Shown: positions 42,701 through 63,456, numbered from the stretch's first letter. The stretch: 64,000 nt of DNA from Hormiphora californensis (GCA_020137815.1 CM035358.1:930001-994000), one strand, 5' to 3'. The notes: generated by a model not told the origin, from the sequence alone. Translations and numbers: made by a program.

Positions 42701-45003
42701 TTGGTATTGAGGAACAGAATATCAGGTAGGATTTGGTATTGAGGAACAGAATATCAGGTAGGATTTGGTATTGAGGAACAGAATATCAGGTAGGATTTGG
42801 TATTGAGGAACAGAATATCAGGTAGGATTTGGTATTGAGGAACAGAATATCAGGTAGGATTTGGTATTGAGGAACAGAATATCAGGTAGGATTTGGTATT
42901 GAGGAACAGAATATCAGGTAGGATTTGGTATTGAGGAACAGAATATCAGGTAGGATTTGGTATTGAGGAACAGAATATCAGGTAGGATTTGGTATTGATG
43001 AACAGAATATCAGGTAGGATTTGGTATTGAGGAACAGAATATCAGGTAGGATTGATGAACAGAATATCAGGTAGGATTTGGTATTGAGGAACAGAATATC
43101 AGGTAGGATTTGGTATTGAGGAACAGAATATCAGGTAGGATTTGGTATTGATGAACAGAATATCAGGTAGGATTTGGTATTGAGGAACAGAATATCAGGT
43201 AGGATTTGGTATTGAGGAACAGAATATCAGGTAGGATTTGGTATTGAGGAACAGAATATCAGGTAGGATTTGGTATTGAGGAACAGAATATCAGGTAGGA
43301 TTTGGTATTGAGGAACAGAATATCAGGTAGGATTTGGTATTGAGGAACAGAATATCAGGTAGGATTTGGTATTGAGGAACAGAATATCAGGTAGGATTTG
43401 GTATTGATGAACAGAATATCAGGTAGGATTTGGTATTGAGGAACAGAATATCAGGTAGGATTTGGTATTGATGAACAGAATATCAGGTAGGATTTGGTAT
43501 TGAGGAACAGAATATCAGGTAGGATTTGGTATTGAGGAACAGAATATCAGGTAGGATTTGGTATTGAGGAACAGAATATCAGGTAGGATTTGGTATTGAG
43601 GAACAGAATATCAGGTAGGATTTGGTATTGATGAACAGAATATCAGGTAGGATTTGGTATTGATGAACAGAATATCAGGTAGGATTTGGTATTGAGGAAC
43701 AGAATATCAGGTAGGATTTGGTATTGAGGAACAGAATATCAGGTAGGATTTGGTATTGATGAACAGAATATCAGGTAGGATTTGGTATCGAGGAACAGAA
43801 TATCAGGTAGGATTTGGTATTGAGGAACAGAATATCAGGTAGGATTTGGTATTGAGGAACAGAATATCAGGTAGGATTTGGTATTGATGAACAGAATATC
43901 AGGTAGGATTTGGTATTGATGAACAGAATATCAGGTAGGATTTGGTATTGAGGAACAGAATATCAGGTAGGATTTGGTATTGAGGAACAGAATATCAGGT
44001 AGGATTTGGTATTGATGAACAGAATATCAGGTAGGATTTGGTATTGATGAACAGAATATCAGGTAGGATTTGGTATCGAGGAACAGAATATCAGGTAGGA
44101 TTTGGTATTGAGGAACAGAATATCAGGTAGGATTTGGTATTGATGAACAGAATATCAGGTAGGATTTGGTATTGAGGAACAGAATATCAGGTAGGATTTG
44201 GTATTGATGAACCCCTAAACTAATTCGTGTGTCTGTGTCTCATATAACCTGTTTTATATTCCCCCTTTTTATTCTTCCAAATCATAATCATCATGATAAT
44301 GATCCCCCTAAACTTCTCTCAGCCCTCACTCTCCCAGAGACAAAGTAAACCACTACGCACTGTACAAGTTCGTCTTCCTATTCGGAGTGCTAAATCTGGA
44401 CGACATGGGCCTGGTAACAAAATGGGCCGTTTGGAGTGGTGTTCTGGCGGGGGTGTCCCTGCTGAATAGTCTGACCCAGGATCGGGCCCAGTACCTCTCG
44501 CTCTCACCCAGCACTACTGTGAAACATCACTTACCAGGGATCATTCTGTCCTCATGTTTACATCTTCTCACTGTTGCACTGTTCTTTCTGGTGAGTTGGA
44601 AACAGTAACCGACCGAATCAGGAAATACTGGTCCCTGATTGGCTGATAACCACTCATGTGACCTAAATAACGAGCTCTAATTGGTTGTTCCGCTATAGGA
44701 TTTCAGAGATCTGTGGTCGAAATAAGGAAAATTAAAATATATCCAGTTCAACTTGCGACACAGACTAAAAAAGGTTTAACTTCCAGGTGTTGTTCAGTGT
44801 ACAGCCGCGGTTACGTGACCTACATATCACATTCTTCCTCCTGGCTGATGTGTTACTGTTCTATCTTAAAACACTACAGAGCCTCGTTAGATACTCCATG
44901 ATACTCTATGAAATGTAAGCTTGGGAACATTAACAGGGATGTATTAACAACAGGTGTTATGTCTGTCTGCTTATCTGTATGTCTGTATGTCTGTCTGTCT
45001 GGC

Positions 45004-45048
<45 letters not shown>

Positions 45049-47122
45049 GCTTATCTGTCTGTCTGTCTGTCTGTCTGCTTATCTGTCTGTCTGTCTGCCT
45101 GTCTGTCTGTCTGTCTGCTTATCTGTCGAGATCACTCGAATCACTTGACACGGAGGGGTTTCATTTCAGGCACGTTACAAGGTGGGAGAATAAGGATGTA
45201 ACACGATACTACGCTGAAATATCTTTTGATGTCATCATGCTGGTATGTGCTAACTCGGAAATATCTCAAGGGTAGTCACTGACTACTAGTCAGTGCCCTT
45301 CCAGGGACAGTGCTCATCTCTGAAATATGGATTTCAATTCACTTCGCCAGTTCTTACAATTGCTACTGATCATCACAGATCAATTATTATTATTCGAATC
45401 ACCTAATCGCCTGCCTCATCAACTAAGCCCCCAATTAGTCCCCTAATATTTCTAACATCAACCCCTATTACAGACGGTAGAACTGCAGCATAATCTCCAC
45501 ATGTTATTCTACGGTGGTCTGCTGCTGTCCATGGGCAGCTTTGTGCTGTGCATGCATATAAAACACATCTACAATGAAATCAAAAAGAGATGGGTGAGTT
45601 GATAATACTAATAATACATTATCAAAAGAGATGGGTGAGTTGATGATAATGTTAATACATTTTAGATCCGACATATCACATAAGCAATACCCTGTACCCC
45701 CATCCCCCTTTCATTTCGTAACACCCGCCATCCCCATTGTTCCAGATCTGACATAAGCAATACCCTGTACCCCCATTCCCCTCTCATTTCACCCCTCCCT
45801 CCCCAGATTCGACACAAGAACTTCCGTGCCATAGTAGACAGTCTGGATGTTCAGTTCCAGACGGCTACCAAGGAGGAGCTGGAGGCTAACAATGACCACT
45901 GTGCCATCTGCTGGGAGGGCATGGAGAGTGCGAGGAAGTTACCCTGTGGGCACTTGTTCCATATTGGGTGCCTGAGAGGGTGGCTGGAACATGATACTAG
46001 CTGTCCCACGTGTAGACACGTGCTAGCTAACCCTAACCAGGTAAATGGCAGGAACCGACCGAATCAGGAAATACTGGTCCCAGATTGGCTGATAACCAGT
46101 CACGTGACCTAACTTACGAGTTCTGATTAGTTGTTTACTTGTTTCGGGCGGTTCCTGATAACAAGCTCCACAAAGTCTCGGTAGATATCAAACTGAGATA
46201 TATGAGCGGTAGTTTGACCACGTCCCCAAATCACCCCATTACATTGCCAGCAGAGGGCCGATTCACCCAATTATATCTCCCAGGGCCAGCAGGTAGAGGG
46301 TGACGCCAACACAGCAGTTCGGAACATGGCCTGGCAGTTCAGGGGATCAAGATGGGCCAGCTGGCTACCAAACTTTAGTATCCATGTCATTGCCTCACCT
46401 GGCCAGTTCATCAACTTTGATAACAACCGGAATCGACTGGTAACGTTTTAGTAAATCTACCCTGTCAGTCCCCGCGATTATTGGTTCATTTTTTCCACGT
46501 GTTCAAATTTGAATATACCCCCGGTTAAAATTAACAATTATTATTCACAAGCTAATGATTATATATCATTATTATTTCCCAGGTTGATCAGGTGCAGGAG
46601 GTGCTGCCCCATATTCCTAGACAGCTCATAGAGGAGGACCTGAGGAACACAGGGAGCAGTATTGCTACCATTGAGAATCTCCTACAGAATAGGAGGTCAG
46701 TGTGTCTTCGATACCTACAAAACCTACATCCCTTGTTTTTACAGATGTTGCTTGTTTCCCAGCAGTTATATATCTTCCCAGCTCTAATGACACATCCCTC
46801 CCTCCCCAGTGATGCTAGAGAGGATGATGATGACGATGATGATGATGATTACGAGGGGGATGCTGATTTCACTGAACCTCTCCCCTCATTCTACAATGAT
46901 CCAGAGGACCTTCCTTCTTCCTCCTTCCAGTCCTCCGCCCAGCAACAAGAACCCAGAATGCAGCCCCGAGAGGGGGATACTCTGAGGAATAGTGAGGATC
47001 AGTTGCCCTGGTTACAAACAGTGGACAGGGAGTTATCGAGCTTGAGAAGGAGGCAGGTCCTATTGGATGCCGTAGAGAGGAGACTAAACAACAACAATAA
47101 TAATCCTGACCAACCAAGATGA
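36712..47122 (+). CDS. AMFR: E3 ubiquitin ligase AMFR/gp78 (TM region, RING-H2, CUE), multi-exon
   Basis: MPLP...SFRTYS, FGQLRAIEEQNIR|DKVNHYALYKFVFLFGVLN, IRHKNF, NNDHCAICWEGMESARKLPCGHLFHIGCLRGWLEHDTSCPTCR, and CUE QVQEVLPHIPRQLIEEDLRNTGSSIATIENLL. Confidence 0.93.
37199..44212 (+). repeat. 32-bp satellite of the AMFR exon-2 end plus donor, ~219 copies, ~7 kb
   Basis: Unit GAGGAACAGAATATCAG|GTAGGATTTGGTATT. The 480-bp line periodicity equals 15 x 32. Confidence 0.97.
44603..44689 (+). mobile_element. ~110-bp MITE, copy 2 (truncated)
   Basis: Similar to copy 1; lies 12 nt after the donor at 44591. Confidence 0.8.
44958..45127. repeat. (TCTG)n microsatellite in an AMFR intron
   Basis: Directly visible. 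Confidence 0.9.
46049..46157 (+). mobile_element. ~110-bp MITE, copy 3
   Basis: Intact TIRs; lies 8 nt after the donor at 46041. Confidence 0.85.
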
Positions 47123-47383
47123 GGATGCCGTGGGAAAGAGAAAAAGATATTTGTAGAGAGATAGAGAGAGGGACGTAGAGAAAAAGAGAGACAGAGAGAG
47201 AGAGAGATAGAGAAAGGGAGGGAAAGAGATAGATAGAGGGAAAGAGATAGATAGAGGGAGACCATTGTGTTCTGAACCTCTTCTAAACATTTTGCTATAC
47301 GTGTTTTGAGGGCTGTAGCTTTGTAGTAGACCTTAGCTCTTCGTCCTGATCCTAATTTATCAGTGTATCAGGGTCCCACTGTT

Positions 47384-47535
<152 letters not shown>

Positions 47536-47760
47536 AATAATCGGTTTTTGAACCGTTCGCACTGTATCTGCACTTTGTTAAAAACAGAACTCTGTTTGTG
47601 GTGTTCTCACGTGGTATTGTGTAAAGACCAAGAGGGACCGATTGGTAGTCACTTGTGTATCGAGATACAGATAATCTGTGTTTTTTCTTTCAGCTGAATA
47701 ACTTATATATGAACTCAGAGATATTAGTACATTATTGTGAGAAGAGCATGTGAAGTGATG

Positions 47761-47828
47761 CAGTCGGACCCCGATTTACCGGGCAAAACCCTTTTCCCGG
47801 TAAATCCCGGTAAATCGGGGTCCGACTG
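47761..47828. mobile_element. Tiny Tc1/mariner(pogo)-type MITE
   Basis: CAGTCGGACCCCGATTTACCGGG...CCCGGTAAATCGGGGTCCGACTG|TA. A related left end occurs at 48556. Confidence 0.7.
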
Positions 47829-48079
47829 TATATTAATGAATTTGTTTTGCACTTTTGACTAAAAAATAGCCAGGTTTAAATATGTAATAATTATGTTGAA
47901 ACCAGTCTAATTTAACAAGCCTTTGTTATTGGAGCTGTTTCTTATTTTCCATACCCAAACTCCCAGAAGCTTTGAACCAAAAGATAACCTACCCCCCCCC
48001 CTTTTTACACAAAGTACCCTCAGCCCCCTAAATATGGTTCACCCCAATCTTCACACACCACCCTCCCCTGTCAGTCAAG

Positions 48080-51000
48080 ATGTCAGGTCTACCCGAGGGA
48101 TGGATTGTTAAAATGTCCCAGTCTCATGGCAAGGAGTACTACTTTAACACCACGGTAAGTAGAACACTATCCCATCATCATCTTGCCTAGCTAGACTCAC
48201 GCGCCCCTGGTATAGGAGGGTTGGAACATAACATGCAGGAACCGACCGAAAGAAGTAAAAAACCAATCAGAACTCGTTATTTAGGTCACGTGACTGGTTA
48301 TCAGCCAATCAGGGACCAGTATTTCCTGATTCGGTCGGTTCCTGTGGGGGGGTCGTCATGTTAATGTTAATGTTTCATGAAATTTTTTAAAATGTTAACA
48401 TTAACATTATTAACATTATTAACATTATTAACATTATTAACAAAAAAAAGAAGCTTTTTTAAGTCTTTTTGAAGCTTTTAATCCCGCTTTAATAGATCAT
48501 TTGCGTTATTTTTGACAATATTATACGTACTACCCATCCAATCAACACTGATATACAGTCGGACCCTGATTAAGTGGCCCCCGATTTAGTGGCACCCCGA
48601 TTTAGTGGCAGGATTTTTTTCCCCAAAAATTTTTTTGAATTTTTTTGTGAAAATCGTCCGAATCGTGTTTCGAATCGATGCATCTTATCGCATGTCCTGC
48701 TGCTAATTGGACAGTTCGGAACGAACCGATAAGTGATCCCCATGGGGCCATTGAATCACATGTTTACCAAGCGTCAAAATGGGGGGGGGGGTGCAACCCA
48801 AAAAAAACCAACCATACCCTGGATTTTCAAAATTGTTGATTTTTTGGTCGTTTTTGATTTTTTTTTGATTTTTTTGATCTTTTTTGATCTTTTTTTATTT
48901 TTTTGATCGTTTTTGATTTTTTTTGAATTTTATAATCGTTTTTTATTTTATTTGATCGTTTTTGATTTTTTTTTGAATTTTTTTGTTCAACATTAAACAT
49001 TTTAAAAAAAATCAAAAACGATAAAAAAATTTCAAAAAAATCAAAAAAATTCAAAAAAATCAAAAACGACCAAAAAAATCAAAGAAATTTCAATCAAAAA
49101 CGACCAAAAAAACCAACCATACCCTGGGTTTCGGAAAAAGTTTGATTTTTTTGGGGTTGTACCCCCCCCCCCCCCCAATTTCGATTCGATGGCGATCACG
49201 TTTCAGTTCGTTCCGAACCGTCTAATTAGCAGCAGGACATGCGATAAGATGCACCGATTCGAAACACGATTCGGACGTGGCTGGTATTCCTTTAAAAAAA
49301 TTTTTGGCCAATAAAAACCAGTTTATACATTAAGGGTACACCTCGGCGAAATTTTTGTCGAGTGCCCGCTTAGCTCTCCATATGGGGTTGTAGGGCATGC
49401 CAAGCCGACCTCAAATATGTAATTTTAGCCCTTAACTCGAATTCATATTTTTGCTACAGCCCCTCAAAGTTGGACCCTGAAAACCGGTTTTTAAGGTCCC
49501 CAAATTTTATTTTTAGGTCTAGAAAGCTGAAAATTTGGAGATTTGTAGAGGATACCAAGGTGTATCAGCCCAAACAGAAATTTTTTGAAATGGAGCTCAA
49601 TTTTTTGTCTGAGCTTATTTTACTATTTTTGACTTTGAGGCCATATTTGGACATGTTCCTATGGACCGTTAAGGCTAAAAATTGGATATTTGGTGCTTCC
49701 AACAATTGTCAACGTAGCCACAAATTTTCAGGAGGTCCGAATTTGAAATGTGGCCTACAGGGTTCTTTTTGTAAAGCACATATTTTAGGAAAACTTAAAA
49801 TGGCTATATCTCAAAAACGGTGGGTCCTAGCGATCTAATTTGGTGCTAAATCGATTCAGCGGGTCCGATTTTGGGGGGGTTGTCTCGTAGACATTTTGCT
49901 CTAAGTCTAACCGTTTTTTCAGAAATCGTATTTTAAGATGTGTACATGTTTAGCTGAAATAGGTAAGATTAGCTCTGGATAGAAGCATTTCAGCCAAACA
50001 TGTCCAAATCTGAAAATGCGATTTCTGAAAAAACGGTTAGACTTAGAGCAAAATGTCTAAGAGACAACCCCCCCAAAATCGGACCCGCTGAATCGATTTA
50101 GCACCAAATTAGATCGCTAGGACCCACCGTTTTTGAGATATAGCCATTTTAAGTTTTCCTAAAATATGTGTTTTACAAAAAGAAACCTGTAGGCCACATT
50201 TCAAATTCGGACCTCCTGAAAATTTGTGGCTACGTTGACAATTGTTGGGAACACCAAATATCCAATTTTTAGCCTTATCGGTCCATAGGAACATGTCCAA
50301 ATATGGCCTCAAAGTCAAAAATAGTAAAATAAGCTCAGACAAAAAATTGAGCTCCATTTCAAAAAACTTATGTTTGGGCTGATACACCTTGGTATCCTCT
50401 ACAAATCTCCAAATTTTCAGCTTTCTAGACCTAAAAATAAAATTTGGGGACCTTAAGGGTACACCTGGCGTTTTTCATCATCGAGTGCCCAACCAAATGA
50501 CTTCACCAGGGTTTAGGCCATACAAAATGGACCTCAAATATGCAATTTTAGCCCTAAAGTCGAATTCATATTTTTGCTACAGCCTATTTTCAAAGTGGCG
50601 TTTTTTCAATTTTTGTTGAAATTTTTAACCTCAGGACCACTTTTTTTGAGATAGAAACATTAAATTCTTGGAATTTGAAGAGAATATAAAGGTGAATAAG
50701 CCCAAAGAAGGATTTTTGAAATGGAGCTTATTTCTGGCCATGAGAAGGGTTTACTTTTTTGCTTCTTTGACACGCTGGCTGAGAATGTTCCCATGCTTCA
50801 TTAGAGATGAAAATCTGGAAATAGTTGCTCAAAACGATTATCTATGTGGCCCAAAAATTTTGGAACTTTCACGCCAAAGATGTGGTGTACAGAGCTTGTT
50901 TTGTGAAACCCGTCTTTTTGAAAAAGAGGGAAATTCCCTGTATCTCAAAAACGGATGATCGTAGAGACCTGGGACCAAGCTTAATCGATTCAGAAGGTCC

Positions 51001-54000
51001 GATTTTGGGGGGGTCTTCTGAGAGACATTTTGCTCCTACTCCAACCGATTTTGCTGTAATTGCAAAAAACCAATTCTATGAAAAGGGGAAACAACTCTAT
51101 TCCAGTAGCCTGCTTCGGGCTGATTTCCCCCTTACTTGCTGATACTTTTTTCGCAATTACAGCAAAAACGGTTGGAGTAGGAGCAAAATGTCTCTCAGAA
51201 GACCCCCCCAAAATCGGACCTTCTGAATCGATTAAGCTTGGTCCCAGGTCTCTACGATCATCCGTTTTTGAGATACAGGGAATTTCCCTCTTTTTCAAAA
51301 AGACGGGTTTCACAAAACAAGCTCTGTACACCACATCTTTGGCGTGAAAGTTCCAAAATTTTTGGGCCACATAGATAATCGTTTTGAGCAACTATTTCCA
51401 GATTTTCATCTCTAATGAAGCATGGGAACATTCTCAGCCAGCGTGTCAAAGAAGCAAAAAAGTAAACCGTTCTCATGGCCAGAAATAAGCTCCATTTCAA
51501 AAATCCTTCTTTGGGCTTATTCACCTTTATATTCTCTTCAAATTCCAAGAATTTAATGTTTCTATCTCAAAAAAAGTGGTCCTGAGGTTAAAAATTTCAA
51601 CAAAAATTGAAAAAACGCCACTTTGAAAATAGGCTGTAGCAAAAATATGAATTCGACTTTAGGGCTAAAATTGCATATTTGAGGTCCATTTTGTATGGCC
51701 TAAACCCTGGTGAAGTCATTTGGTTGGGCACTCGATGATGAAAAACGCCAGGTGTACCCTTAAGGGTACGCTAACCAAAATTTTTTTTCGAGTGCAGGGA
51801 AATCTCTCACCGTAGGGTTGTAGGCCATACCAAGGAGACCTCAAATATGCAATTTTAGCCCTTAAGTCGAATTCATATTTTTGCTACAGCTGTTTAAAAA
51901 ATGTCCTGTAAATACGTTTTTGGCATCTCAAAAATTTTTTTCTAAAGATAGGATCATAAAAATTTGTGGATTTGAAGAGGACAAAGAGGTGAGTAGCCAC
52001 AAAAATTTTTTTTGAAATCCGAGGTGATTTCCGGTCCTGAGATGGATTTCTTTTTTTCCACTTTAACGCCCTATTTGGCAAAGTTCCGACAACATGTGAA
52101 AGCTGTAAATTGGTGAAAAGTTGCGTCTAACGATTATCTAAGTGGCCATAAATTTTGGGCGTGTCCTTATTTGAGATAAGCTGTACAGAGTTTTTTTTGT
52201 GAAAGCCGTCATTTCAGAAATAAATAAATTCCCTGTATCTCAAAAACGACTGATCGTAGAGACCTGAGACTATGCTTAAACGATTCAGAAGGTCCGATTT
52301 TGGGGGGGTCTTCTGAGAGACATTTTGCTCCTACTTCAACCGTTTTTGCTGTAATTGCGAAAAACAAAAACCCATCTTCGCCATCGTGGATTTTTTGTGA
52401 TTTTGTTTTTGGTGATTATAGGGACCCATATGGACCAAATAGTGAAGGAATTAGCTTGTTACACACTTTTCCATAGTTTCGGTCCTTTCTTAGCTAAAAT
52501 TCCCTAATTACAGGATATTGGAGTAGTAAAATAAGCTCAGACAAAAAATTGAGCTCCATTTCAAAAAACTTATGTTTGGGCTGATACACCTTGGTATCCT
52601 CTACAAATCTCCAAATTTTCAGCTTTCTAGACCTAAAAATAAAATTTGGGGACCTTAAGGGTACGCTAACCAAAAATTTTTTTCGAGTGCAGGGAAATCT
52701 CTCACCGTAGGGTTGTAGGCCATACCAAGGAGACCTCAAATATGCAATTTTAGCCCTTAAGTCGAATTCATATTTTTGCTACAGCTGTTTAAAAAATGTC
52801 CTGTAAATACGTTTTTGGCATCTCAAAAATTTTTTTCTAAAGATAGGATCATAAAAATTTGTGGATTTGAAGAGGACAAAGAGGTGAGTAGCCACAAAAA
52901 TTTTTTTTGAAATCCGAGGTGAAATTGGAGTTTAGCTTTTGCCCTTTTCATAGAATTTGTTTTTCGCAATTACAGCAAAAACGGTTGAAGTAGGAGCAAA
53001 ATGTCTCTCAGAAGACCCCCCCAAAATCGGACCTTCTGAATCGTTTAAGCATAGTCTCAGGTCTCTACGATCAGTCGTTTTTGAGATACAGGGAATTTAT
53101 TTATTTCTGAAATGACGGCTTTCACAAAAAAAACTCTGTACAGCTTATCTCAAATAAGGACACGCCCAAAATTTATGGCCACTTAGATAATCGTTAGACG
53201 CAACTTTTCACCAATTTACAGCTTTCACATGTTTTCGGAACTTTGCCAAATAGGGCGTTAAAGTGGAAAAAAAGAAATCCATCTCAGGACCGGAAATCAC
53301 CTCGGATTTCAAAAAAAATTTTTGTGGCTACTCACCTCTTTGTCCTCTTCAAATCCACAAATTTTTATGATCCTATCTTTACAAATGTATTTTTAAGATG
53401 CCAAAAACTTATTTTCAGTTCATTTTTCAAGCAGCTGTAGCAAAAATATGAATTCGACTTGAGAGCTCAAATTGCATATTTGAGGTCTCCTTGGCATGGC
53501 CTACAACCCTACGGTGAGAGATTTCCCTGCACTCGAAAAAAATTTTTGGTTAGCGTACCCTTAAAAACCGGTTTTCAGGGTCCAACTTTGAGGGGCTGTA
53601 GCAAAAATATGAATTCGAGTTAAGGGCTAAAATTTCATATTTGAAGTCGGCTTGGCATGCCCTACATCCCCATATGGAGAGCTAAGCGGGCACTCGACAA
53701 AAATTTCGCCGAGGTGTACCCTTAAACTGGTGTTCTTTACTCGTATACCCGCCTTTGTTATAATGACTATTTTTCCCTGCCCGGGTGATCTTTTTAGCAC
53801 GCACGTGCTAAAAAGATCATCCAGGGTTTAGAAATCAGCAGATTGTGTAGTTAACTAAAAGTGTCCGTCCGTCACGGACAACGCCTAACAACAAGTCTGC
53901 TCCTTCATAAAACTTTCATCTCACGCTTCGTTGATTCAACAAAGGAAATGATTAACACACATTGTGGCGCGCAATTACTCGCTGATAGCACTTCCCACTA

Positions 54001-55619
54001 TCACCTGAAATCACTTTGGGCGCCCTACAGCCATGCTATGAAGTGATAGAACGTCTTCCAAGCATGAAACATTGAAACTACTGTCACACTAGTGACTCAA
54101 GTTGAGATGCGGTTAAAGTTGAAGCACTTGGTAACCAACTGGGGTCTCCTAAGCATTTGCCTTGGTTACCATAGGAACTGCTTTGGTTACCATAGCAACT
54201 GCCTTTGGTTACCATAGCAACTCACCTAGTTACCTTAGTAACCAACATTGCATCAGCCAAAAAATGCTCTTTGAGCACAAAATTCATCAGGAAATCCAGT
54301 TTTGAAGCTTATTCATCAATTTTAAATCCATTTGGCAGGGAAACACCGCATTATGAATACATAATGCAATAATTCTTGTCTTACCTCAAAACCTTTGATA
54401 AAATCCAAACAACTATCCTAGCTATGAAATATCTGCCATAGGACACACCTAAAAACACATAACAGTGCTGCTTGCAGTCAAAATACGGTAACGCAAAATA
54501 CAGTAAGGAGACGCGCACGGTGCATAACGCGCGGCAAAAAGTTCATGTGTCAGCACGTACTAGCGCCCTGATTGGTCACGGTTGCGCGTCGTCTTACTGT
54601 ATCTTCGTTTTCCATTACCGTTTTCCCACTACAAGCGACCGTGTAAAACAGCTATAAACCGACTAAAAACATCTAAAACGCGATTTTTGTTAATTTTGTT
54701 AATTTTGTTAATTTTGTTAATGTTTCACCAAGGGTCGTTTGTTAATTAACAAAACATTAACAAAATTAACATGACGACCCCCCCGTTCCTGTCTTTTAGA
54801 TACTTACTCATATTTTAGCGGGGAGCAGGCAACTAATTTCCCTTTGCTATGTTCTAAACCTTCCTTTACATTTATAAAGGAAGGTGACTCGGGGGCGGGG
54901 TGCCCGAAACACAGTCTAGCTTGGCAACCTTCGCTATGTTTCCCCTTCACTTCCCCTTCTCCTCTTATTTGCCGTATCTCAGAACACAATGATAAAGGAT
55001 GAAGATAGTGGTGCCCTATTTTAGCAAATCTCTCCCCCTCCAACTCCCCCTCCAACACCGCTTCTATCTCCCTCTCTATCTCCACTTTATCTTCTCACAA
55101 TGCAACACCCCCTATCTCCCTCTAGACCCAAGAAAGTCAGTGGGAGAGACCCGGGTGCGGCCCTCCCCCTGAAACGGTCCGTGCCAGTCACCTGTTAGTG
55201 AAACACAGAGACAGTCGCCGACCTAGCAGCTGGAGAGAGGAGAGAATCACTAGGTCCAAGGAAGAAGCTCTTGAAATCCTGAATGGTAAATGATTTGTTT
55301 GTTTTTGAGGGTTCATTTCAGCAAATCACTTGAACTACCGAACCCTCATGCAGTGTGAGCTACACAATAAATCCCCTGTCTAATTGTGTGATTTCCATCA
55401 GGTTACCTCGCCCAGATAAAAGGTGGAACCCCCTTCGCTGATCTGGCCTCCCAATTCAGCGACTGTAGCTCTGCCAAACGAGGCGGAGACCTGGGCCACT
55501 TTGGACCCGGACAAATGCAAAAACCCTTCGAGGATGCGACCTTTGCTCTGGCTGTCAAAGAAATGAGTGGCCCCATTTCTACCGATTCTGGTGTTCATAT
55601 TATCCTGAGGACTGCTTAG
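48080..55619 (+). CDS. PIN1: Peptidyl-prolyl isomerase Pin1 (WW + parvulin); exons 48080-48154, 55126-55285, 55402-55619
   Basis: [22 protein letters not shown]|[69 protein letters not shown] and [12 protein letters not shown]. Confidence 0.97.
48236..48344 (-). mobile_element. ~110-bp MITE, copy 4 (reverse orientation)
   Basis: Reverse complement of copies 1 and 3. Confidence 0.85.
48655..49277. mobile_element. Imperfect inverted repeat (foldback) inside the 8-bp-TSD element
   Basis: CGTCCGAATCGTGTTTCGAATCG...CGATTCGAAACACGATTCGGACG, with T-rich then A-rich inner arms. Confidence 0.8.
49334..53721. mobile_element. Chain of related palindromic TTAA-targeting elements (Kolobok-like GG...CC termini)
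   Basis: TTAA junctions at 49330, 49491, 50453, 51760, 52655, 53561 and 53722. Mirror-image ORFs in the ORF track. Confidence 0.85.
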
Positions 55620-56195
55620 TGTGTGTGTGTTTATATGTGACTTGATAAGGCGTTTTATCGATATTTGTTGAAAGTTTGCTAATAAAATGTTGCCTATTCA
55701 TTTGTTCCACTGTTCACTCGGTCTCACTTTGAGATGTGATTCGGAGCGGGCGCGAGACGAAGGATACAAAGAAAGTGGCGCGATTTCGCGCGAAAGTTTG
55801 TAGCGCGCAAATATTACGCAGCGCAAAAGATAGGAATGAATTGCGCGTACCATAAATTAAGTCCTAATTTGAAAACCGAGAATTTTTGTTTTCGCGATAA
55901 AAATTTTTCCCCAGTTTTATAATTTTTCGGGTGTCTTTGAGGGTGGATGTTGGTGCAAGCTTCCTTCGCCTTGTGTTAATGGATAATTGGTTATGGACTG
56001 CACATTTGTACGCCATTTTTTAGACGCAGTCTACGCTGCTTAGACTTCCAGGCCTGCTCTCCGAGTTCCGACGGCCGACAAAAATTCCAGCAGCTGGGAC
56101 CCAGCTAACCCCATATTACTCATGCCACCTATCATATTTTCTAAAATTTCCATTGCCCTTAGTATATGCTAGTTTGGTGCGGCTAGAATAATGGT

Positions 56196-63456
<7,261 letters not shown>

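Larger units (their letters stand above)
48346..54784. mobile_element. Non-coding DNA transposon with an 8-bp TSD, carrying nested elements
   Basis: TIR GGGGGGGTCGTCATGTTAAT...ATTAACATGACGACCCCCCC. GTTCCTGT is duplicated at 48338-48345 and 54785-54792. Confidence 0.85.

Noticed and set aside
37199-44212. CRISPR array (32-bp periodicity)
   Set aside because: Head-to-tail repeats with no unique spacers, no cas genes, and a eukaryotic intron context.
49470-53440. Duplicated ORFs on opposite strands as genes or transposases
   Set aside because: Mirror images from palindromic elements, with no recognisable transposase motifs.
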